This document shows positions 41,671-52,270 of a stretch of 64,000 nt of DNA, piece after piece. The stretch's first letter is position 1, and each line of letters begins with the position of its first letter. The notes beneath the pieces were generated by a model. That model had not been told where the DNA came from. It worked only from the letters and a program-made list of their open reading frames with translations, and ran no database searches. The stretch is from Haliotis rubra (lineage: Eukaryota), in assembly GCF_003918875.1 (NCBI RefSeq), contig NW_025764891.1, forward strand, positions 7,750,001 through 7,814,000, given 5' to 3'. Both the position numbers and the translations under genes were made by a program.

Positions 41671-42875
41671 TATTTCTTTTATTTCAAGAACCAAAATTCA
41701 TACAAACCACTTGTTGATAGTATAAGTCATGATCCATCAAGAAAACGAGGACACCTGTCAACATGGTTACCACTTTATAACAATCTGATTTCTACATGTT
41801 GACTTTGCCACAAGCATAAGATACTGGAATTAGCTGTCAATGGGAATCCCTACAGAGGGATCCCTACAATGAAAGCAAGGCCATCTCCTTTACATGCAGG
41901 AATACTGATCCAGGGACCATGCTGTGCAGACAGTGGTTGGAACTGGAGCTGCACTGTTATAGGGTGTCCATGCTCTTCAAGCATTTCATTATTTCCTGCA
42001 GTTATATGGCTAATTACTTCCGAAACCTGACAACAGCAGATGTACGACACTATTGTAAAACTAACAGACTAGTACTGGCCTCTTTCAGATTGGCAACATG
42101 TGACAAGAAACAGTTGAATGTGATACACACCAATATTAGAGTGGTCATCATCTCCTGAGCTACTTCTTGAGTGCTGTGTAGTTATAACCTGGAGTGGTTC
42201 CTGAGAAACAATCATGTCCATTCTACAAATTGGAGGTGAGGTGAAACAGAGTTGAAAGCTGTTTTTAAAGTGATTGTATTTATAAAGTGAAGTACATGCA
42301 GTATTTGTGTCTACTTGTACTGATCTGGACTTGGGCCTGTTTTATAGAGCTATCCCACTGAGATGCAATACCACAGTTTATACCACACTCAGATGGTATA
42401 TACAGACTCAGAGCTTACCAGGCCCTGATTTCTCGAAACAAACTTAAGTCTGAGTTTTGACTTAAGTAAGAGTTTTCACTCAAATTTGAGAAAAAGCAGG
42501 AAAATGCATTTCCTAGAATGAACTGAAATCGATATTACACTCAAACATAGTTGATAATTCGAGTTGTGTAGATAGGCTACTTAAGTTGTTTGGGCTTTGG
42601 GCTTAAAAAGAATGCAGTTGAGTTAAAAAATCAGCAGTTTCAAATTGTCAAACTCAGGTCTTGTTTATTAACCTCAGTATTAAATATGGCAGGGTAAGCA
42701 CAAGTACCACCTTTGAAGATGTTTTGGTCCCGAAAAAAATACACTCTTCTTAAGATAAGTTCAAAATTCCATGCTCCACTAATGCCTATTAATGTGTATA
42801 AATTGTATGTTTTTAGCCCACATGCGCACACACATGGGTTATCTCCCATTCTTCAGACAGTCATTCTTCAGACAG

Positions 42876-43770
42876 CTTAAAACAATATTTACGGTGTAAT
42901 GCAAAGCAGTCGAGAAAGCTGTTACCTTTGATAGAGAAATGGAAGAACCCAGTTAAGTATTTCAGTTGAGAAAGAGAACACAACCACATTGACAGTTAAC
43001 TGCTTTAGAAAATGTTTCATTTAAGCCGCATTTTAAAATATTTGATGTTAAAATAAGCCCAATACTACTATATGGATCTGAAGTCTGGGGCTTGCAACGT
43101 TTTGATGTAACAGAAACAGTTCATTTATATGTCTGTAAAAGATTTCTAGGCCTTAAGACAAGTACATCTAGTATTTATGGTTTATGGTGAATGTGGTAGA
43201 TTCCTGATGCACATATTTTCTCCAGTTAAGGCTATATATAAAATACTGGTTAAGATTGTTGAACATGTATGCACATAGATTTCCCAAAATGTGTTAAAAT
43301 ATGATGATAGTTTTTGACAATAATAGAAAATAATAATTGGGTAAGGAATATAAAAACATTGCTGTTTAAAACTGGTTTTGGTAACGCATGGTATGACCAA
43401 AACGTTAGCTGCTACCCTAATTTTATCATGTCACTGACTCAAAGACTTAAGATATTTATGTGCAGACATGGTTTGAATCGCTGACTCTATCAAACAAATG
43501 TTTCTATTACAAAGTTTTTAAAGCGCAAATAAGTTTGGAGTGGTATCTCTCTAAGATAACAGTAAAGAAGTTTCGAGTTGCATTATCACGTTTTCGATGT
43601 TCATCTCATGATTTATTTAAAGAAACTGGACGCCATGCTAATATTAATCGACAAGAGAGACTATGCCAACTATGCGATTTAAAAAATGTAAAAGTTACTA
43701 CTCGGGCGAACATAAATGAATGTATGTTTTATGTACTAAAGGCCTGTGACCTCTTCAGTACGGAATAAAA
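42876..43770 (+). mobile_element. Degenerate non-LTR retrotransposon ORF2 3' end (RTE-X/CR1/L2-like)
   Basis: Frameshifted translation FKIFDVKISPILLYGSEVWG...VHLYVCKRFLGLK and FRVALSRFRCSSHDLFKETGRHANINRQERLCQLC, typical of the region C-terminal to a LINE RT domain. Confidence 0.85.
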
Positions 43771-43899
43771 GGTTGAATCTCCGTTTAAAAATCTCTCTAC
43801 TCACCTGAGCAGTGAGTAGGCTAATTAAGCTGTTCCATTATTGCTGTGGGGTGAGGGTAATTAATCCAGCTACTCAAGTGTCTGAAGAATGACTGTCTG

Positions 43900-44047
43900 N
43901 NNNNNNNNNNNNNNNNNNNNNNNNNNNNNNNNNNNNNNNNNNNNNNNNNNNNNNNNNNNNNNNNNNNNNNNNNNNNNNNNNNNNNNNNNNNNNNNNNNNN
44001 NNNNNNNNNNNNNNNNNNNNNNNNNNNNNNNNNNNNNNNNNNNNNNN
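43900..44047. other. Assembly gap (148 N)
   Basis: Run of N. Confidence 1.
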
Positions 44048-45046
44048 TCTGTACAATTAGGTAATACGATGTATTCAACAGCCATAATTTCCCTTGAGAA
44101 ATTAAATTTCTTCCTGAAACCCAACATACATAATTTCTGTAGGCCCTCACTATTTTCCCAAAGATACAAAGAATAAATAACCTTTACCGAAGTAGCTTTC
44201 ATTCTGTTCTGAAATAGAGCAGGTCTCTGCATCTGTAAACTGATGATCGTGAAGTTACGCCAATATTGATTACTGGTGAGCTGGGCCAAAGTATGTATTC
44301 ATATTGCACAGAAAAAAATGTTACTGTTACCGCCAGTGAAGGATGTTAATTCCAGTATCCATCATTCTTGATTACGAGCACCCTGGGACAATGTATCTAT
44401 TCACATGACAGAAAAAATATCTCAGCAACAAATGGGGGATGATCATGCTGGAAGCCTTCTGTTACGCATCATCCAAACGAGTGGTGGCAATGGTGATTCT
44501 TTAACATTCTGAAGTTGAAGGTTTCCAGGCAGATGGAGGGCACAATTACAGTGAAATGCAAGAGAAAAATGGGGGCATTTAGAAGGAAGGTTGCATAGTG
44601 GAACTGACAAGACAGAACTGAAAAGTCACCAAGAATTTTCAATTGGGTAATAATTGGGTAACAACAATTGGATTTATTCCCCCATGGTGCCAATAGGAAG
44701 CATGGTAATCTAACAGGCAGCTGGAGAGCTTCATACAGCAATGGGGCCAGTGTCATCGACCCCGGAAAGAAATGCATGACGATCTGTTCCTGAACAACAG
44801 TATCTAAATTGCCTTCTGTGTTTTTCTAATATCCTTCCCATCATCAAATACAAATTAATCCAAAACTCCAAATGGTAACCCAAACTCCAGAACTCCCAAG
44901 TGCATGTATATATCTAAATGATCGCTTTTAATAAAGTTTCTAGTAAAGATGTACAACATAAACACAATTTATTTCTTGAAAATACTCAGGAAACAATTTT
45001 TATTTGTGAGGCAAACACTAGTCAACAAATTTGTATTCATACTGAA

Positions 45047-45290
45047 CAGACCCGTGAAGGTCCGGGTTAGAATAGACCTTCAGCAACCCATGCTTGTCGG
45101 AAAAGGAGACTAACGGGATCGGGTGGTCAGTTTCGCTGACTTGGTTGACACACGTCATCGGTTCCCAATTGCGCAGATCGATGCTCATGCTGTTAATCAC
45201 TGGATTGTCTGGTCCAGACACGATTATTTACAGACCACCGCCATATAGCTGGAATATTGCTGAGTGCGGCATAAAACTAAACTCACTCAC
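45047..45290 (+). mobile_element. SINE-like family B (non-tRNA structured head), full-length reference copy
   Basis: Runs GACCCGTGAAGGTCCGGG...GCTGGAATATTGCTGAGTGCGGCATAAAAC(ACTC)n, with TSD tcatactgaa at 45037-45046 and 45291-45300. Other copies or fragments at about 11950-12140(-), 20465-20665(-), 22200-22387(-), 24878-25100(+), 28660-28890(+), 37068-37297(-), 37615-37750(+), 39590-39830(+), 47615-47770(-), 51770-51868(+), 54200-54630(-), 54830-54990(-), 57760-57950(-) and 61478-61596(+). Confidence 0.9.
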
Positions 45291-45599
45291 TCATACTGAA
45301 GACATGGTGACATGATCTACGATTATTATTATTTTTTTTATAGATGTCCACATGGTCAGTATACTTCAAGAATACAATGGCTTAAAGTATACAACAGCTT
45401 TCGATAAATATGATGATTTTGATTGAATTGTTAAAATCTGTGTCAGTTTTCAATATTTATAACTCTGATGGTTCAGGTCAGAACTGATCTTCAATCTATT
45501 CTTGTCGTAAAATGCAACCAACAAAATGTGTTGGTTGTATCCCACTTGTGTTGCTTAATGCTCATGATGTGAATCACGGGGTTGTCTGGCCCAAACTTG

Positions 45600-45754
45600 A
45601 TTTGTTTTACGCCACTTTTGGCAATATTCTAGCAATATCACACAGCGGGGACACCAGAAATGGGCTTCACTCATTGTACCCATGTGGGGAATTGAACCCG
45701 GGTCTTCAGCGTGATGAGAGAATGCTTTAACCACTAGGCTACCCCACCGCCCCC
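45600..45754 (-). mobile_element. SINE family A
   Basis: Matches the family consensus. Confidence 0.88.
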
Positions 45755-46354
45755 TGGACGGAGTGACATGAGCTAACTATAGGCTTTCAGTATTGCATGC
45801 ATGCTCACACAGGGGCACATACACATTTAATCAATCAATCTGCAAACTCTATTTCACTTTTAAGAAAAAATATAGTACTTTTGAAGGATGTTCCGCCCAG
45901 TTGGTAATAAATTGAAATTGCTGAACCAGAAGAAATAGGCTCTGCTATTGATTTAATGCAGGCAATGAAACACATGCAGACATGCCAGGCTAAAAGATTA
46001 CCCACAGTATAAATGCTATGGTAAAGTATTGATCCTTTGAGAGCTTAGACATTTGAAGAGCTGGTTAAGAAGAAAAACCAAAATGTAGTGTAAAAATAAC
46101 AGGTCGAGTCCCCTTGGGCAGTCACGCTTGTCAACTGTAATAATCCCTTTATTTCAGAATAAAGTTCCTGCACTCAGCAGAATGCAGACTCTGTCACCAT
46201 GAAAGATTACAGTAGAAGGGCAGAGCTGGCAGGTGCCCCTGTGGTCTGTCGGAATCAGTTGTGTAGAGTTGTGTCCCTTAGTTGTTTAAGCATCAGCTTC
46301 AGTTCAGACAGACGAAGATTAGGGGGTACCTTGGATTGCACCAAAGTCTACTAG

Positions 46355-46508
46355 GTGAGTGAGTGAGTGTTACACCGACCGCTTTTAGCAATATTCCTGC
46401 AATATCACAGCAGCGGACACCAGAAATAGGCTTCACACATTGTACCCATGTGGGGAATTGAGCCATGTCTTCATTGTGACCAGTGAACTCTTTAACCACG
46501 GGGCTACG
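46355..46508 (-). mobile_element. SINE family A
   Basis: Matches the family consensus. Confidence 0.85.
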
Positions 46509-47379
46509 TAATTTTCTGGGTCACTCCATGACAGAGCAGTAAAAAGAAACGTAAAATTAAGTTTTTCATCAATGAAGTCCAGATGTAATGCTCTGCATCT
46601 ATTTAGGAACAAGTATTGGTTTGATTAAAGATATTCAGCCATATCACAAATAAATGTTTGACATTGTCCCAAGTTTGTGGTTGGAGCAGCCTTAACATCT
46701 GCAAGTATACATTTGGTGTAAATCTGTAACAACAGAAGACTATGAAAAACATGACAATGTATTAAAATAAACCAGTAACAGACTGTACATGTTGTGATAC
46801 TATTTATGCACTTCTTATCAGCAAACCAGTAGCATGAAGAGGATCCAGTCCTCAATACAATCAGACAGCCACCTATTCTATGGCAATAGTTTCCTAAAGT
46901 TCTTCAAGAATGTCAATCAGTCCAAGGTCATTCATCTCTGTTGGTGAATGTTTTCCCCCAATGCCTAAAGGACAGTGACTTGGTATCGATTCTACTCCTA
47001 AGGCTGGCTGGCAAGGTCTCAAATAGATATAGTGCTTTAATTTCTTGAAAACATGCAGCAAATTGAATTCTAGGGGCTGTGAAAGCTAGCCTGGATGATG
47101 AACAGCCCTGAATTAAAAAAACAAAAATTGAACGAGGTTCTGTCCCTGTCAGCTTGGTTTTATGAGACCGTCACAGATGTCATGGTTCAAGTTCTGTTAA
47201 TGATAAGGGATTACAGAAAATTGCGTCTTCATTGTAAATCAACACCATATTTTGATCTTTTACACTTCGTTTACAAACGTAAAACGTTTGGTTCCATGAC
47301 TGGAGACCAGATTGTGGCTTGATTACAGTGTCTTTGTGCATTTATAACTTCAAATGTCGAAGAATTATCATTATTAAAA

Positions 47380-47408
47380 GGGGCGTGTCTCCAATAGGCT
47401 GACACTCA
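47380..47408. promoter_or_regulatory. Candidate promoter cluster: GC/KLF box, CCAAT box and AP-1-like site
   Basis: GGGGCGTG (47380-47387), CCAAT (47391-47395) and TGACACTCA (47400-47408), located at the CpG-poor to CpG-rich transition. Short motifs alone are weak evidence. Confidence 0.35.
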
Positions 47409-47806
47409 TGGCACCTTTCAATCAAATGTTTGACAGCGAGTTTTCACGGCTAATTATTTTTTCAGCCTAACAGCTAATGGGCATTTACAGAAAATGGGCA
47501 AATATCTGTGGAGTATAATTCATGTTTGAAGATAGGAAAATATTTGCGTTACATACATCCGTTTTTGTTGCCCAGCCATGTAGACTGGAAGTAATATTTT
47601 TGTGTAACTTAACCTCCCAGTGATCAACCTCATGAGCACCAATCTACGCAACTGGGATACGAGGACATTTGTCAATCAAGACAGCGAGCCTGACCACCCA
47701 ATCCCGTTGGTCGCCTCTTACGACAAGCATGGGTTACTGAAGACCAACGATAATCTGTAACTTCACGGGTGTATGCATACTGAATCACCATAATGTTAAT
47801 GTCTTT

Positions 47807-47930
47807 CATGGGCGGATCCAGGAATTTTGAAAAAGGGGTTCAACCCCTGAACTCCCGATTGGCACCGCCAAGCAAAAATCTTCAATGTCATTTTCGAGAG
47901 GGGGAGGAGAAGAGACGTCTGGATCCGCCA
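47807..47930. mobile_element. Short hAT-like MITE
   Basis: catgggcggatccag ... ctggatccgcca, with direct repeat atgtcttt on both sides. Confidence 0.7.
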
Positions 47931-49442
47931 ATGTCTTTTACGTTTTCGACGACGCAATATAAGCGGTGAGTAACGCACGTATGTATGCATCTAACTCATT
48001 ATAACTTAGACATGTATCACTTGTATTAGTTCATGCAGCCATGTGACACACGAACCTATAATAATTAAGTGTTACCAGAAACAGTGCAGAATTATTTTCT
48101 ACTGATCAATTCACAAAAACAATACTTGGACTATGAGAGTGAAACTATATTGAATACCCAAAGAAAGCCATTAATGTACCATTTGAATGATAGCAAGTGA
48201 GCGAATATAGGCTAAAACAAATCTGAATCGCTGCCTCGGTTAACAGAAAACATCACACGTGAGTGTCCTACACAGAGATCTCATGTTGTACGGGACGCTA
48301 GGGTAGCTTTTGGTTAAAAAGTCCGCTCGTCATGCCGAAGACCCGAATTGGCGTCTCTATCTGCGAACGTGTGAAGCCCATTTATGTTCTCCCCCGACGT
48401 GATAAAGCTGGAAAAGGTGGAGCGAAATCATCCTACCTCTCAGTCACTGATGTTTAAGCCTGGATGCCTAACCCAAACATAACGAAAAGCACATTTCCCT
48501 CACTGAGAACCGTTAGTAGACAAATGAATAAATTTGTCTAGGAATAAATGACATACACCTAAACCCCATAACTAAAAGTAGTTTATTTAGGAAGAATTGT
48601 CCTACTTTCCTCATCAGCCCCAATGGCCACGAAAACCCAGCTTGGTGTGATCCAATCATAGACATATAGTTCCAGACATGCGTATCGATTCTTATTGGAG
48701 TCTTTGTCCAGATCCACCAAAACACAGCGACCTTGAGCACCGTCGGGAACAAACCCACTCCAAGGCCACATCCTCCACTTCACGCGTATGTCCTGCAAAA
48801 CACACGCACGCACGCACGCACGAACGCACGCAGACACGTACATTCAGACACAGACAGACACACACACAAACAGAGAAAGCAACACTGGGGACGTTGTCAT
48901 AGTTACGTATCAACAGGGAATGAAATGACTGGTGGTGATATAATCAATATTTTACATAATCATTGAAAGACATATACTATATATACTGTATATATTTATT
49001 TCCAAGACATGGGCTGTAAAGGTTGAATTTACAGGAAATCAACATCGTATTCACACTAAAAACCTATGAGACGATGGTTGTACTCACGACATAATCAAAG
49101 GTGCTTAGCTTTGTCTGACAGCAGTACTCCCTAATACATATTTTCTGTTCCTAACATTTGGCAATTGCGACTCACATGCAAGTATTAATCTCTGTATCAT
49201 GTAATGTCAAACATAGAAATAATCAACATCTAATTCGAGATGAGAGATAACTTATATAAAAGCGTAGAAATACGGTGAACACAACACTGGGGGAAATCAA
49301 CCATGGGAACACATCGTGTGCGAATTCGGTTCTATCAGAAGCGCTAGTATAATCTTCACAGTGATGCCAGCGTGATATCTGTCGGGTGGTTTCCTCTCCC
49401 TGTTTGCAAAAAAATAAGAAGCACAGCAACACGTGTTTAATA

Positions 49443-49603
49443 GTGAGTGAGCATGGTTTTACGCCGCTTTTAACACTTTTCCAGCAATATCACGGCGGGG
49501 GTCACCAGAAATGGGCTTCACACATTGTACCCATGTGAAGAATCGAACCCTGGTCTTCGGCGTGACGAGCGAACGCTTAAACCACTAGGCTACCCCACCG
49601 TCT
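49443..49603 (-). mobile_element. SINE family A
   Basis: Matches the family consensus, CpGs retained. Confidence 0.9.
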
Positions 49604-50473
49604 CCACTCAGGCTTAGTGACTTAGTTGCTTGCTTGCATGTCGTCGTTTCCCAATCACGTGGACAGCTGCTCACTATATCAATCACTGGATTGTCTGGTC
49701 CATACTAGATTATTTACAGGCAGCCGTCAGATAGCTGGAATGTTTCTATGTGCGTTAAACTACAAACGACATACCACACAAATAGAGCCGCATTATCCCA
49801 ATACAGTTTCATACAAATCATGAAATATATCACAAGTATTTCTAGAGACCATAAAACACCAGGATTTTCCTGATTAAGAAAATGATAACGTCCATCTGTA
49901 ACAAAAAAAGGAATTTCTAACCACACTGGATGCTAAAAAATGTCGGTAACGACATGTGCTCCATCAAACCCTTCCACTGCCCCGTTCCACATTTCCTCCA
50001 TGCTGGCGCTTCCGGCGAGACCAGACGCCATTACGACGTACGTTGGATTAAAAAATGTTTTCGCAGCATTCGTGTCACTGTGAGGGTTTAAAGTTCTATC
50101 AAAAGCCATCACCGAGGCATTTGCCTGAAATTGTGTCCGAGATGGCTTGTGAGACATGTCGTTTACTTGATTTAGCTCACTGAAACAGGAGATTTCCCAT
50201 TCGTAACGGAATTATTGTTATTACGTGATGTAACAATATATCATCTCAATCCTTTCTGAAGAGATCAATATGAATCAGGAACTCAAAAACTTGGAGAAAT
50301 TGATGTTGGTGGTATTTTTTGTATAAATGCCAATGCGATGTCTCCGGGGGTTTCAGCGGCACGATATATCGATCCTAATCACGACTTTGTCATGTTTTAA
50401 ATAATTACATTATGTATGAACGGCTCGGTAAATAGACCGATGCTTTACACTTATCGACACGATGACACGCTAG

Positions 50474-50640
50474 AGTGAGTGAGTGAGTTTTGTTTTACGC
50501 CGCATTTAGCAATATTACAGCAAGATCACGGCGGGGGATACCAGAAATGGGCTTCACACATTTTACTTACGTAGGGAATGGAACCCGGGTCTTCAGCGAG
50601 ACGAGCGAACGCTTTAACCACTAGGCTATCCCACCGCCCC
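50474..50640 (-). mobile_element. SINE family A
   Basis: TSD tgacacgctaga. Confidence 0.9.
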
Positions 50641-50864
50641 TGACACGCTAGAACTGTTGCTACTGTGGTATGTACGGATGGTCCATTGGTCAATGTCATG
50701 ACAAAAATATGGGTCGAATCTCGGTTTACCCTCATCATGTCTCGAGGCTGTCGGCTCAATACTTACACACTCGAGGGTTTCGCCCAAAAAGTAAACGTCT
50801 ATGAACGATATCACATCAGCTTTCCCTACCCTTCACCACAAAGCTTACAGGTCCTGATGTTATT

Positions 50865-51029
50865 GGGGCGGTGGCGTAGCCTAGTGGTTAAAGTGTCCGC
50901 TCGTCATGCTGAAGACCCGGGTTCGATTCCACACATGGGTACAATGTGTGGAGTCCATTTCTGGTGTCCCCCGCTGTGAAATTGCTGGAATATTGCTAAA
51001 AGCGGCGTAAAACCATACTCACTCACTCA
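50865..51029 (+). mobile_element. SINE family A
   Basis: TSD tgatgttattg. Confidence 0.9.
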
Positions 51030-51127
51030 TGATGTTATTGAAGCGGCTTGAGTACGAACTCAGTCACGAAGTATCTTATCTCCCTCTGTAATGCAAAGTG
51101 AAGCATAGTTCCGTTCCTTCGCTAAAC

Positions 51128-51297
51128 GGGCGGTGGGGTAGCCGAGTGGTTAAAGCGTTGGGTCGTCACGCCGAAGACCCGGGTTCGATTCCCCACATGG
51201 GTACAATGTGTGAAGCCCATTTCTGGTGTCCCCCGCCGTGATGTTGCTGGAATATTGCTAAAAGCGGCGTAAAACCAAACTCAGTCAGTCAGTCAGT
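51128..51297 (+). mobile_element. SINE family A, (CAGT)n-tail subfamily, near-consensus copy
   Basis: Intact A and B boxes. TSD tccttcgctaaac. Confidence 0.92.
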
Positions 51298-51966
51298 CCT
51301 TCGCTAAACAAGGGTTACTGTGCACCATTCGTTCCTATCTCGTTACAGCAAGAATAAATTGTGCCTCTCCTTTCCTACGTCACCCTTTATTCAAAGAGTA
51401 ATTGTGGCCCAGCTTTACCGCGTTGAACTCAAAGAGAAAGTTTCTGCCACTTCTAATGTTAAAAGGCTTGGATTAGCTTCTGTTCCCATACACATACGCG
51501 TGCTTGACCTAAACGGTAGCGCTGCTCGTCAATGTGCCGTTGTACAAAGCGAATCAAACGCTAAAATGGTCGTAACTCCCGTGCCATAACATACAGTTAC
51601 GGCAGGTGTGGCGCTATGGTTGGTTCCTACAACGTCACCACCTTTTGGTTCTCCTTGGGAAGGTACCCCGATAACGTTAATGTACATTATATCAGCCTCG
51701 GTAGACATGCATATTTACAGGCCGACATGATATTGATCATAGCTGGGGAGTGAGTGAGTGAGTGAGTTGACACTGGATTGTCTGGTCCACACTCAATTAT
51801 TTACAGACCGCCGCCATATAGCTTGAATATTGCTGAGAGCGGCGTAAAACTAAGCTCACTCACTCACTACAATCAAAAATTAATTTGACATGATCCTCGC
51901 TCTTGATTCTTCCCAGCAATCGAAGAATTGTCCTCACCGCCCTACACCCAGAGTATATTGTACAAG

Positions 51967-52080
51967 GGCTCCTTTCACGAAGCAATCTTTACTAAGGTTA
52001 ACCTTAACTCCCATTCTTTAACATTGCACTAAGGTTACCTTAGTGACTTACGATCACCTTAGTGCTTTGTGAAAGGAGGC
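51967..52080. mobile_element. Related Harbinger-like palindromic MITE
   Basis: Termini ggctcctttcacgaagc and gctttgtgaaaggaggc. Confidence 0.6.
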
Positions 52081-52197
52081 CAGATCGTTTCGTGCCTTGG
52101 GTTCAGAAGTGTAATTGTTTACATCATTTCCTGCCTCTTGCCGAAAAGAGTCAGTTAAAACCCGTTAATTCTCGCCCTGTCCTATAGACTTATTTTG

Positions 52198-52270
52198 TCT
52201 GGTGTCCCCCCGCCGTGATATTGCTGGAATATTGCTAAAAGCGGCGTAAAACTAAACTCACTCACTCACT
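52198..52270 (+). mobile_element. SINE family A, 5'-truncated
   Basis: 3' part only, with TSD tattttgtc, as expected for target-primed reverse transcription. Confidence 0.85.

Larger units (their letters stand above)
42421..44650. mobile_element. Possible decayed Harbinger-like DNA transposon enclosing the LINE and the gap
   Basis: TIR-like ggccctgatttctcgaaac at 42421. Weak HARBI-like peptide on the minus strand (FQNRM...FRKKFNFSRE, 44230-44090) and weak Myb/SANT-like CKRK/WGHL on the plus strand (~44560). No matching right TIR found. Confidence 0.3.

Noticed and set aside
43795-43899. Strong donor CAG|GTGAGT as the end of the missing upstream DCX exon
   Set aside because: In-frame TAA 12 codons upstream and no LYTLDGKQ-like peptide.
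43821-44289. ORFs spanning the N run
   Set aside because: Length is inflated by the gap. Only weak transposase-like hints, listed at low confidence.
45049-45120. Calling the family B head a canonical HDV-like, twister or pistol ribozyme
   Set aside because: Helix order and conserved loops do not fit those consensus models by eye, so it is kept as an unclassified candidate.
51128-51200. tRNA-Asp gene
   Set aside because: It is a SINE head: no proper acceptor stem, continues into SINE body and tail, and has TSDs and many copies.
51320-51589. 89-aa plus-strand ORF after an acceptor-like site
   Set aside because: No recognisable homology and no partner exons.
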